Of a stretch of 64,000 nt of DNA, positions 57,001 to 64,000 are shown piece by piece. The notes under the pieces are model-generated. The model had not been told where the DNA came from, did not search any database, and saw only the letters and a list, made by a program, of their open reading frames with translations. Source of the stretch: a virus; IMG/VR virus record IMGVR_UViG_3300027747_002638; one strand, written 5' to 3'. Position 1 is the stretch's first letter. Each line of letters begins with the position of its first letter. The position numbers were made by a program, and so were the translations under genes.

Positions 57001-57813
57001 TTATTGTGTAGAAGCAAAAGTATGGATTTTTACATTACTTTCTAAAACATTGTCAGAAAGTAACCCTGTATATCCAGTGAAACCAACTGATCGTACAGAT
57101 AAATTATACATTACATCCCCAGAAACTTCAAGAGTTGCTTGTACTTTTGGTGGTGTTACACCGCCAAATGGTACTGGATAATTAATTGAATATGCATCTG
57201 CTCCAGGAGTTAAATTTGTTGTAAATACTTGATTACTTGTTTTTGCGACGAATGTTGCATTTGCGTAACCACTTAAAGTATTAATATTTGTTTGTAAAGT
57301 ACTTCCAGTAGAAGCTAGGTTAGTTGCTAGCGTACTTCCAGTACTAGCTAGATTTGTGGCTAATGTGCTACCAGTTGAAGCAAGATTGGTAGCTAGTGTG
57401 CTACCAGTAGAAGCTAGGTTCGTTGCTAATGTACTACCAGTTGAAGCAAGGTTTTGACTTAAAGTAGTTCCTGTTAAATTAAGGTTTGTAGTTAAAGTAT
57501 TAATTAAACCTTGAAAATATCCACTATTTCCTACTATTGTAATTTCGTTAGTTCCAGTATTTACTTGGATAGTAATTCCATCTGAACCAGTTATATTAAC
57601 ATTTCCTGATAAACCATTTATACTATTTACGTCTGCTGCTGCTGTATTAATTAAAGTTTGTAAATAACCGCTAATTCCAGTAAGTTCGCTGTAGTAAGCT
57701 AAACCACTATTTCCGAAGCCAAGTCTTAGTGAAGAACTGCCGTCCCAAACTGCACTTTGAACTGGAGTTAAATTATTTCCACTTAGTCTGATATGTTTAA
57801 ATGCGCTTATCAT
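57001..57813 (-). CDS. Coiled-coil fibre protein with 11-residue repeats
   Basis: Five NLASTGSTL units at 11-aa spacing; VNSINGLSGNVNI; small C-terminal beta domain. Confidence 0.8.
   Translation of the reverse strand: MISAFKHIRLSGNNLTPVQSAVWDGSSSLRLGFGNSGLAYYSELTGISGYLQTLINTAAADVNSINGLSGNVNITGSDGITIQVNTGTNEITIVGNSGYFQGLINTLTTNLNLTGTTLSQNLASTGSTLATNLASTGSTLATNLASTGSTLATNLASTGSTLATNLASTGSTLQTNINTLSGYANATFVAKTSNQVFTTNLTPGADAYSINYPVPFGGVTPPKVQATLEVSGDVMYNLSVRSVGFTGYTGLLSDNVLESNVKIHTFASTQ
57295..57486 (-). repeat. 33-bp / 11-aa tandem repeat (five exact NLASTGSTL copies plus one degenerate)
   Basis: Amino acids are identical while synonymous codons have diverged. Confidence 0.9.
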
Positions 57814-57837
57814 AAATTAATATTTCCTTTCATACTA

Positions 57838-57843
57838 TTACAC
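57838..57843 (-). promoter_or_regulatory. GTGTAA putative late promoter element
   Basis: 24 nt from ATG 57813; AAAGGA SD. Confidence 0.75.
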
Positions 57844-57850
57844 AGATATT

Positions 57851-58402
57851 TTATTTTTTAACTTGAATATTTAAGTAATAACCATTATTTAATAGATTAT
57901 CACTAAAGTTTATATAAAAACCAGTAGAATTTATATTGCCCATGTTAAAATAGTAGGCCATATCATCTACTGTATTCTGAAAAGTACAAACTACGGATTT
58001 TGGAGTAGAAGGTAATACTTGAGGAAATTGAACATAATAACTATCAGATCCTTGAGGTGTTAAATTAGCTCTATATCCAATTACATTTTCTGCTTCAAAA
58101 TAACCACTTAATGGTGATGCATCAATTTTTATTGATTTATAAGGATTTAAATTTGGATTAGTTAATATTGAAATTCCTGTACCAGCAATAAATTGTAAAG
58201 TTTCTATACCAGTTGGAATTAAAGTTGGTTGTCCAGTTACGTTTATTATTTTAAAAAGATCAGCCGCGCCAGATGGTCCTGGAGGGCCTTGTGGACCATC
58301 GGCACCAGGAATAAACACATTAGCATTTTCAGGAAAACTTGGAGAAGTTACATCCGTTGTGATTGCGTTTGGCAAAATTACGTCTACGATTACATCTGCC
58401 AT
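57851..58402 (-). CDS. Short collagen-containing fibre protein
   Basis: GADGPQGPPGPSGAA; C-terminal domain resembles that of 57001..57813. Confidence 0.75.
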   Translation of the reverse strand: MADVIVDVILPNAITTDVTSPSFPENANVFIPGADGPQGPPGPSGAADLFKIINVTGQPTLIPTGIETLQFIAGTGISILTNPNLNPYKSIKIDASPLSGYFEAENVIGYRANLTPQGSDSYYVQFPQVLPSTPKSVVCTFQNTVDDMAYYFNMGNINSTGFYINFSDNLLNNGYYLNIQVKK

Positions 58403-58406
58403 AAAA

Positions 58407-58805
58407 TTAAAAAGATGTTACTTCTGGACTTACAATAAACTTGCCTCGAATTAATTTTATAGAATTACCAGTTGGTACTCCATAAGGAAATCTTTCTATA
58501 TCGTAAACAAATGTTCCAACTGGAACACTTGCCATAGTATATGAAGATACATCTACATTAATTAATCCAGAAGCATAAAGATTGCCACTAACTCCACTAT
58601 TAATTACTGGATTTAAATTCAATATATATCCAGATATATAATTCCCAGATGCATCTAATGCTGGTGATGCAAAATAAGCATATTTGACTACGCCTCTAAC
58701 ATCATATCCACTTAAATTTATTGGGGTATAATTTGGATCTTTTACAGCAAGAGTTAATTGTAAGTGATCACCTTGAATTGTATTTATATTATACGAAGTA
58801 GCCAT
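58407..58805 (-). CDS. Ig-like fibre-anchoring adaptor (BppU-N-like)
   Basis: IQGD..PINLSGY..GTFVYDIE..LIRGKFIVSPEVT; start moved to ATG 58805. Confidence 0.65.
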   Translation of the reverse strand: MATSYNINTIQGDHLQLTLAVKDPNYTPINLSGYDVRGVVKYAYFASPALDASGNYISGYILNLNPVINSGVSGNLYASGLINVDVSSYTMASVPVGTFVYDIERFPYGVPTGNSIKLIRGKFIVSPEVTSF

Positions 58806-58814
58806 ATAATACAA

Positions 58815-58820
58815 TTACAC
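58815..58820 (-). promoter_or_regulatory. GTGTAA putative late promoter element
   Basis: 9 nt from ATG 58805. Confidence 0.75.
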
Positions 58821-58842
58821 TTCAATTATAATTTATTATTAA

Positions 58843-59190
58843 TTATCTACCTTCAGACAGAATATCTTTTGTTTTTTTATCTATTTTAGCTTCAGATTTC
58901 TCTGTTTTTGGTATTCTGTATGTTGATACGTATTTCTTAAATTCTGATATTAATCTTTTTGTAAGCATTTCTCGATCATCAATTGGCACTAGATCTAACT
59001 TTGCTGCATGAGCTTGTAAATCAGTTTTATTTAATTCATATAAATAGCTAACGTACTCTTTCTCGTCTAAAGTCTTGTATCGAGCTAAACCGTTATCGCC
59101 CCATACTTGATCTAATGTTTTGTACTCAAAACCCTCTAATTTTCCATGGGTTTGAGATAAGTTTTGTAGTTTAGTTTTGCCTTTTTTCAT
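58843..59190 (-). CDS. Hypothetical basic protein
   Basis: AAGGA SD; 115 aa. Confidence 0.7.
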   Translation of the reverse strand: MKKGKTKLQNLSQTHGKLEGFEYKTLDQVWGDNGLARYKTLDEKEYVSYLYELNKTDLQAHAAKLDLVPIDDREMLTKRLISEFKKYVSTYRIPKTEKSEAKIDKKTKDILSEGR

Positions 59191-59206
59191 ATTTATTCCT
59201 TACTAT

Positions 59207-59234
59207 ATTATACTGTATTAATAGGAAATTTCTA
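59207..59234 (-). promoter_or_regulatory. Possible sigma70-type promoter
   Basis: TAGAAA-16 nt-TATAAT upstream of 59190. Confidence 0.45.
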
Positions 59235-59252
59235 ATTTAATATAAAATATAA

Positions 59253-59924
59253 TTATGGAAGGGAAACTTTGCCACCCTCCCCAAGTTTCTCAGTATATGG
59301 TTGTCGTAAATCTAAATCACCGAATTTCAAATGTCCATCTTGTATTAATTCTCCCTCAGCATCTGGCGCAAGAATTATTACTTGTTGTAGATTTACGATT
59401 TGATACTCAGCTTGTGGAAAAAAATTATATTGCATCCATTCTGTGAAAAGATTAAATTTTTGCTCAAAAATTTTGCCTTGAGCATTAAAAGCGCTTGGGA
59501 GTTTAGGAACTTCAAAAAGAAATGTTTTTAAATTAACAGACCACTCAACGGTATATGGTATTTGATTTAAAACTGCTACAACTGGATCATCTGTAAGTTG
59601 ATAATAAAAAGCTGGGTAATTTATTCTCTCAAGATGAACAGTTACTGATATTGTAGCGTTATCAGGAGTATTAGAATTAAAAGTGCCAGCAAAACAAGTA
59701 AATCCTCCACCTTGAGGAACATCTCCTTGTATTAAAGGAATACTAGACCAACTTTGGATATAAATTCGTCTAACTGGTTTAACTGGACCGCTCGGATGAT
59801 CTATATTCCACTGTTGATTTATTTTTGCAAGAAAAGCATATGCTTCGTATTCTCCTATGCTTTGGCCGTAATTTTCAGAAAGACCCCACTCAGCCAAATC
59901 CTGCATTTTTCCTTTTTCTGCCAT
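59253..59924 (-). CDS. Hypothetical protein, paralog B
   Basis: Closely similar to 59970..60638; AGGAG SD. Confidence 0.8.
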   Translation of the reverse strand: MAEKGKMQDLAEWGLSENYGQSIGEYEAYAFLAKINQQWNIDHPSGPVKPVRRIYIQSWSSIPLIQGDVPQGGGFTCFAGTFNSNTPDNATISVTVHLERINYPAFYYQLTDDPVVAVLNQIPYTVEWSVNLKTFLFEVPKLPSAFNAQGKIFEQKFNLFTEWMQYNFFPQAEYQIVNLQQVIILAPDAEGELIQDGHLKFGDLDLRQPYTEKLGEGGKVSLP

Positions 59925-59969
59925 ATAATCTCCTATTTTTTGCTATCAAACTAAGCAAATATTTTTAAA

Positions 59970-60638
59970 TTATGGCAATGAGGTTTTGCCGCCATCACCA
60001 AATTGCTCAGTAAACGGTTGTTCTAGGTGTATATCTCCAAAATTAAGAGTTCCATCTTCAATTAATTCTCCCTCAGCATTTGGTGCATTAATTATTACTT
60101 GTTGTATAAAAATAATTTGATTTTGGGATTGTGGAAGAAAAGTGTTTACCATCCATTGTGTAAAAAGATTAAATTTTTGCTCAAAAATTTTACCTTGAGC
60201 ATTAAAAGCACTTGGAAGTTTGGGTGCTTCTAAAAGAAATGTTCTTAAATTAACTGACCATTCTAAAGTATATGGTATTTGATTTAGAGTTGCTACAACT
60301 GGATTGTCTGTGAATTGATAGTAAAAGGCTGGATAATTTATTCTATCAATATGAAGAGTTACTGATATTGTGGCGTTACCAACGGTATTAGAATTAAAAG
60401 TCCCTGCCATGCACATATATCCTCCTCCAGCAGGAACTTCACCTTGGGTTACAGGTATGCTTGTGAAAGCGCTGATTGAAATTTGTCTAACTGGTCTACG
60501 AGGACCACTTGGATGACTTATGTTCCAAAGTCTATCTTGCTCCATCAAAATGGCTTCTGCTGCTGCTTTACCTCTCGCTCCTGGCCACGTTTTATCTCTA
60601 ACCTCATAAGTTCTAAAATCTACCCATCCGTCTGACAT
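59970..60638 (-). CDS. Hypothetical protein, paralog A
   Basis: Shares AGTFNSNT, RINYPAFYYQ and LPSAFNAQGKIFEQKFNLFT with paralog B. Confidence 0.8.
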   Translation of the reverse strand: MSDGWVDFRTYEVRDKTWPGARGKAAAEAILMEQDRLWNISHPSGPRRPVRQISISAFTSIPVTQGEVPAGGGYMCMAGTFNSNTVGNATISVTLHIDRINYPAFYYQFTDNPVVATLNQIPYTLEWSVNLRTFLLEAPKLPSAFNAQGKIFEQKFNLFTQWMVNTFLPQSQNQIIFIQQVIINAPNAEGELIEDGTLNFGDIHLEQPFTEQFGDGGKTSLP

Positions 60639-60654
60639 ATAATTCCCTATCTCC

Positions 60655-61314
60655 TTAGCACCAAACTAAGCAAGGGTTAAAAACTGGCCCAAGTGTTTGG
60701 GCGCTAAACTCTGTTGGTTTACTTGGCATTTGCCAGAGTAAATTTCCATTTATTTCAAATTTTCCATATCCACATGGATATCCATCTGCACCATAAGAAT
60801 CACTAGTTCCTTGTTGACATCCTTCAAAACTTCCTTCTGTGTAATATGTTACTGTTGCAGTTTTAGTCCAAACTGGTTTATTATACTTCTTGCCTTTTGG
60901 TAAATAAGCTCCTTTTTCTTTTAATCCAATAGCTGCTTCAATTAAATCTTGCCAATCACTATCTGAGCACTGAGATATTACTTTAGCCAATCCGTTATCT
61001 GTGCTAGCTCCATTCAACCATCCTTCTCCATGCTCTTGAATATATTCTTTAGCTTTACTTATAACTGCTCCAGGAATGGGTTGAGTTAGGGATATGGATG
61101 GACTTACATTTACGCTTTGTACTTTACAAGTTAATCCATTTATTTTTGCTTCAACTTTATAAGTAACATCTCCAACTATTATACTAGGAGATGAAGGAGG
61201 AGATCCTTTGATGTTTTCTACTTTTTCTTCTATTGATTGCTGATTTAAATCATCGTATGTTTGAAAATTATCGCAAGAATTAGGAGAACATACATAGTTT
61301 GAACACTTTGCCAT
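60655..61314 (-). CDS. Cys-containing hypothetical late protein
   Basis: 9 Cys; GTGTAA element 9 nt upstream. Confidence 0.7.
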   Translation of the reverse strand: MAKCSNYVCSPNSCDNFQTYDDLNQQSIEEKVENIKGSPPSSPSIIVGDVTYKVEAKINGLTCKVQSVNVSPSISLTQPIPGAVISKAKEYIQEHGEGWLNGASTDNGLAKVISQCSDSDWQDLIEAAIGLKEKGAYLPKGKKYNKPVWTKTATVTYYTEGSFEGCQQGTSDSYGADGYPCGYGKFEINGNLLWQMPSKPTEFSAQTLGPVFNPCLVWC

Positions 61315-61323
61315 ATAATTATA

Positions 61324-61329
61324 TTACAC
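61324..61329 (-). promoter_or_regulatory. GTGTAA putative late promoter element
   Basis: 9 nt from ATG 61314. Confidence 0.75.
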
Positions 61330-61370
61330 TTTTTTTAAAAAGAAATCTAAAATACTTTAAAGTCGTATAT

Positions 61371-61408
61371 AAAAAAAAGAATCTGGTAGGGATAAACCTA
61401 CCAGATTC
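61371..61408 (-). terminator. Rho-independent terminator after the major capsid gene
   Basis: 12-bp perfect stem GAATCTGGTAGG/CCTACCAGATTC, 6-nt loop, T8 tract on the - strand. Confidence 0.92.
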
Positions 61409-61432
61409 CTTTATGCTAAACTTTTTTAAGAT

Positions 61433-62509
61433 TTAGACAAGAATTCCTGCAACTGCACGGCCGTCGATACAAACGCGACCCTCTTCGAGGAAACCGTAGA
61501 AACCAGTTTTCTCGTTGCGAGTTACGAATTGATCGTCAGGAAGAACTGTGAATGTTCCACCGCTTTCGGCTTGACGAGCAACAGGGCGGATGAATGATTC
61601 TTTTGTTAGATCAACTCCGACTAGAATTTGTTTGGCTGTATTAGCTACTCCGCCATTAGCTGTAACTAGAGAAGCAAATAGAGTGTTGTATTTTTGTCCA
61701 ACACCTAGTTCAACTAGTTGATGTAATGTTACGCCAAAGATTTCACCAGCACCAGCGTTACGGAAGATTTCTTCACGAACAGTGTTTGGTGCGGTTTCAT
61801 ATGCTTTTGTTCCAGCATTATTTGTTCCAATTGGATTAAATGCTAGTTCTCTAACTTGTCCCATGATCTCTGGACTTAAGAATAAATCTGTTAGTCCGTA
61901 GGTATCAGTGGTTGTGCCACCAGCATAAGAAGTATTAATTCTTTTTACTAATGTCATTAGATTGCTTAAATCAACCAATTGTAAAGTTCCAGCGGTACTC
62001 GAATTTACGATTTGAGCTGCGCCATTGGAACGAGCTTCAGCAAGAGCTTTTAGAACTACTGCCCAAGCATTGCGCTCTTGTTTAACAAGAACTTCATTGC
62101 TCATGCGCTCTACAGCTTTACTAACTACATCAAGACGGCCACGGCGAGCATAGCGTTTTAGGAAACTTACAGCGCTATCTAAACGATAGGTTGAAATTTT
62201 CATTTCGCTAAATCCTTCTACTGTGGAAGAAGGAAGTCCACCTGCGACGGTTTGACTCCAGGTAGTTACATAATCTTGACTTTGATTATAGTAAAGGTCT
62301 AGAGGTAGACTAGGATTATCATCTTCGTCATATGGTGCATCACTATAGATTGCACTGGCTGTTCCAGCTTGTAGCAAAACTTTGCTAACGACTGGGCCAA
62401 TGAAAGCTGCAAAAGCTTCAGTAGCTTCGCGAGCTACTGCAACATCTCTGCTGCCCATGGCTTTAACAAGTTCTACTTGTTCTGGTGTATTTTTTAATTT
62501 GATCTTCAT
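61433..62509 (-). CDS. Major capsid protein (HK97 fold)
   Basis: 358 aa; order protease/scaffold-cement-MCP-terminator; strong AAAGGAG SD; higher-GC codon usage; C-terminal GFYGFLEEG..DGRAVAG. Confidence 0.8.
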   Translation of the reverse strand: MKIKLKNTPEQVELVKAMGSRDVAVAREATEAFAAFIGPVVSKVLLQAGTASAIYSDAPYDEDDNPSLPLDLYYNQSQDYVTTWSQTVAGGLPSSTVEGFSEMKISTYRLDSAVSFLKRYARRGRLDVVSKAVERMSNEVLVKQERNAWAVVLKALAEARSNGAAQIVNSSTAGTLQLVDLSNLMTLVKRINTSYAGGTTTDTYGLTDLFLSPEIMGQVRELAFNPIGTNNAGTKAYETAPNTVREEIFRNAGAGEIFGVTLHQLVELGVGQKYNTLFASLVTANGGVANTAKQILVGVDLTKESFIRPVARQAESGGTFTVLPDDQFVTRNEKTGFYGFLEEGRVCIDGRAVAGILV

Positions 62510-62530
62510 TTTAAATTTTCTCCTTTAAAA

Positions 62531-63112
62531 TTAGAAGTTAACGCGAATAATGGCTTGACCATTATAAGGTCTGCTTAGTAGAGTACCTACTCTACCAGCG
62601 CCGTTATCGGTGGTAGAAAGTTCACCAGCAACTGTGCCTAGGTAAACTCCTGCTCCTGGATTTACAGGGGAGATTTGGGTTCCACTGTAACTGATAACTC
62701 CGCGAGTTAGAACTGGTACTGATTGTCCACTAACAACAACGTTCATCTCTGCAGCCTTACGAGGATGGAAAACAAGTTTTTCGCCGTTTTCATCAAGTTC
62801 GCGTACATCGAGTAGAGTGATACCAATAGCATTTTCGCCAGAAACGGCGGCTGATACTTTGGATGTTACTCCCCAACGAGTTGAAACTGTATTTGCATAT
62901 GTGGCTCCAAGACCATCAACTAGATCAACTGGGTTTGTTCCGTTGAGTCCAGAATTTGGTACGGCAACTGGCATAAAGCCACTGCCTACGATTTTAACTA
63001 CTGTTCCTCTACTGGCGATAAGACCATTTGCGTCTTGATCTCCACTATAGGAAAATAGGTTGATTACATCATGTTCGCTGTAATCTCTAAATGGTTTTAA
63101 TGTATGTGCCAT
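62531..63112 (-). CDS. Capsid decoration / cement protein
   Basis: Lies between scaffold and MCP; VPVLTRG..PGAGVYL..G.L..RVGTLL pattern; AAGGAG SD. Confidence 0.65.
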   Translation of the reverse strand: MAHTLKPFRDYSEHDVINLFSYSGDQDANGLIASRGTVVKIVGSGFMPVAVPNSGLNGTNPVDLVDGLGATYANTVSTRWGVTSKVSAAVSGENAIGITLLDVRELDENGEKLVFHPRKAAEMNVVVSGQSVPVLTRGVISYSGTQISPVNPGAGVYLGTVAGELSTTDNGAGRVGTLLSRPYNGQAIIRVNF

Positions 63113-63128
63113 TTTATTATCTCCTTAT

Positions 63129-64000
63129 TTATTTAATATCAAAACCTTCTAAACCAAAAGCGTTACTAAATTTTTCTTTTAGTGTTAGCTCTGTGGCTGT
63201 TGAAGAATTTGGGATTGAAGTTTTCTCTACTTTACTTGTTTCGAGAGCTTCGTCTACAACTTCGGTTGCAGAAAGTGTTGAAGCTTTAATGATTTTACCA
63301 TTTTTGTCTTCTTTAGATTCATCGATACCTTTATCTTTGATATCTTCTTTGTCCATTTTTGCTTTTTTAGCAGCCTTATTTTTTTCTTTCATAAGAACTG
63401 CCATCTTATTTTTATAAGCAGCAAAAGTTTCGTCATTTAAATCTTTGATGTCTGTAGCGAGAATTTGACGATCCTCGTCAGATAGATCAAACTCTTCGTC
63501 TAATGATGCCATGCGAATATTAAAAGATTCCTCTTTCTCTTTGGCAAGTTTCTCTTCTTCGAGTTTTGCTAGAGAAGCCTTGAGTTTTTCAAGTTCTTCT
63601 TTTACTTTTTCGCTTTCAACTGAAAGTGATTCGTATTTTTCTTGGGCGGCTTTAATAGCGTTATCTTTTTCACTCTTTTCGGCTACAAAAGCTTCAGAAG
63701 CTTTTTTGAGCTCATCTTGAATGAAATCGGTTATGCTAGAAGCAGTTGCTTGCTTCAAAAGCTCGTCTGTTATTTGGTTGATATTTTCTATTTTCATAAT
63801 TATTCTATTTATAACTCCTTCTTCTTTTACATTATTTTCTTCGTTTTGTGAAATGTTATTTTCACTAGTTTGAATTGCTGACTCAGATTCTTGATCATTT
63901 TGAGATAATTCTACTTGTATAGAATCATCTTTTACAGCTACTCCTTCAACATCTGCGGCTGGATTATATGTTAAACCTACGCCTAATGGAATAACATTTC
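63129..64000 (-). CDS. Prohead protease-scaffold protein (5'-partial; possible internal scaffold start at 63797)
   Basis: The frame is open from the window edge (NVIPLGVGLTYNPAADVEG..., a protease-like C-terminal motif) into the E/K-rich coiled coil. Confidence 0.7.
   Translation of the reverse strand, partial: NVIPLGVGLTYNPAADVEGVAVKDDSIQVELSQNDQESESAIQTSENNISQNEENNVKEEGVINRIIMKIENINQITDELLKQATASSITDFIQDELKKASEAFVAEKSEKDNAIKAAQEKYESLSVESEKVKEELEKLKASLAKLEEEKLAKEKEESFNIRMASLDEEFDLSDEDRQILATDIKDLNDETFAAYKNKMAVLMKEKNKAAKKAKMDKEDIKDKGIDESKEDKNGKIIKASTLSATEVVDEALETSKVEKTSIPNSSTATELTLKEKFSNAFGLEGFDIK

Noticed and set aside
57295-57486. CRISPR-like array
   Set aside because: The 33-bp units are in-frame coding repeats with synonymous variation and no spacers.
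1-64000. tRNA/rRNA genes and stop-codon reassignment
   Set aside because: Intergenic gaps are short with no cloverleaf seen; ORFs are intact under the standard code and TAA, TGA and TAG all occur as stops.

Overview
A 64-kb, AT-rich, gene-dense segment of a large tailed dsDNA phage with a siphovirus-type, lambda-like tail tip. Functional calls come from motifs I recognised by eye; no database searches were run. Region 1-12.8 kb (+ strand) is a replication and modification module: DnaB helicase (partial), ThyX, DnaG primase, a PD-(D/E)XK exonuclease, a DNA polymerase III split into stand-alone PHP, DEDDh and DnaE-core genes, a Whirly-like putative SSB, two glycosyltransferase genes sharing one split GT9 fold, and a Rad52/Sak-like annealase. 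Several of these genes have sigma70-type promoters. Region 12.8-64 kb is morphogenesis, mostly on the - strand: protease/scaffold (partial), a capsid-associated protein, major capsid protein, about 25 kb of fibre/adhesin genes with paralog arrays, head-tail connectors, tail tube, chaperones and a 2225-aa tape measure protein. The gpM-L-K-I-J tail-tip block is inverted onto the + strand. The most notable observations are: (1) a GTGTAA element in front of 16 late genes, mostly 8-10 nt before a leaderless ATG; (2) a tape measure protein built as repeat-bracketed cargo modules, one PD-(D/E)XK-like; (3) a pervasive [S/T]G signature in unrelated tail and fibre proteins together with phage glycosyltransferases, suggesting virion glycosylation; (4) a covarying twin-hairpin RNA element in a 5' leader; (5) five tandem paralogous lectin-like adhesins. 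I saw no tRNA, rRNA, CRISPR array, integrase, reverse transcriptase or transposase.
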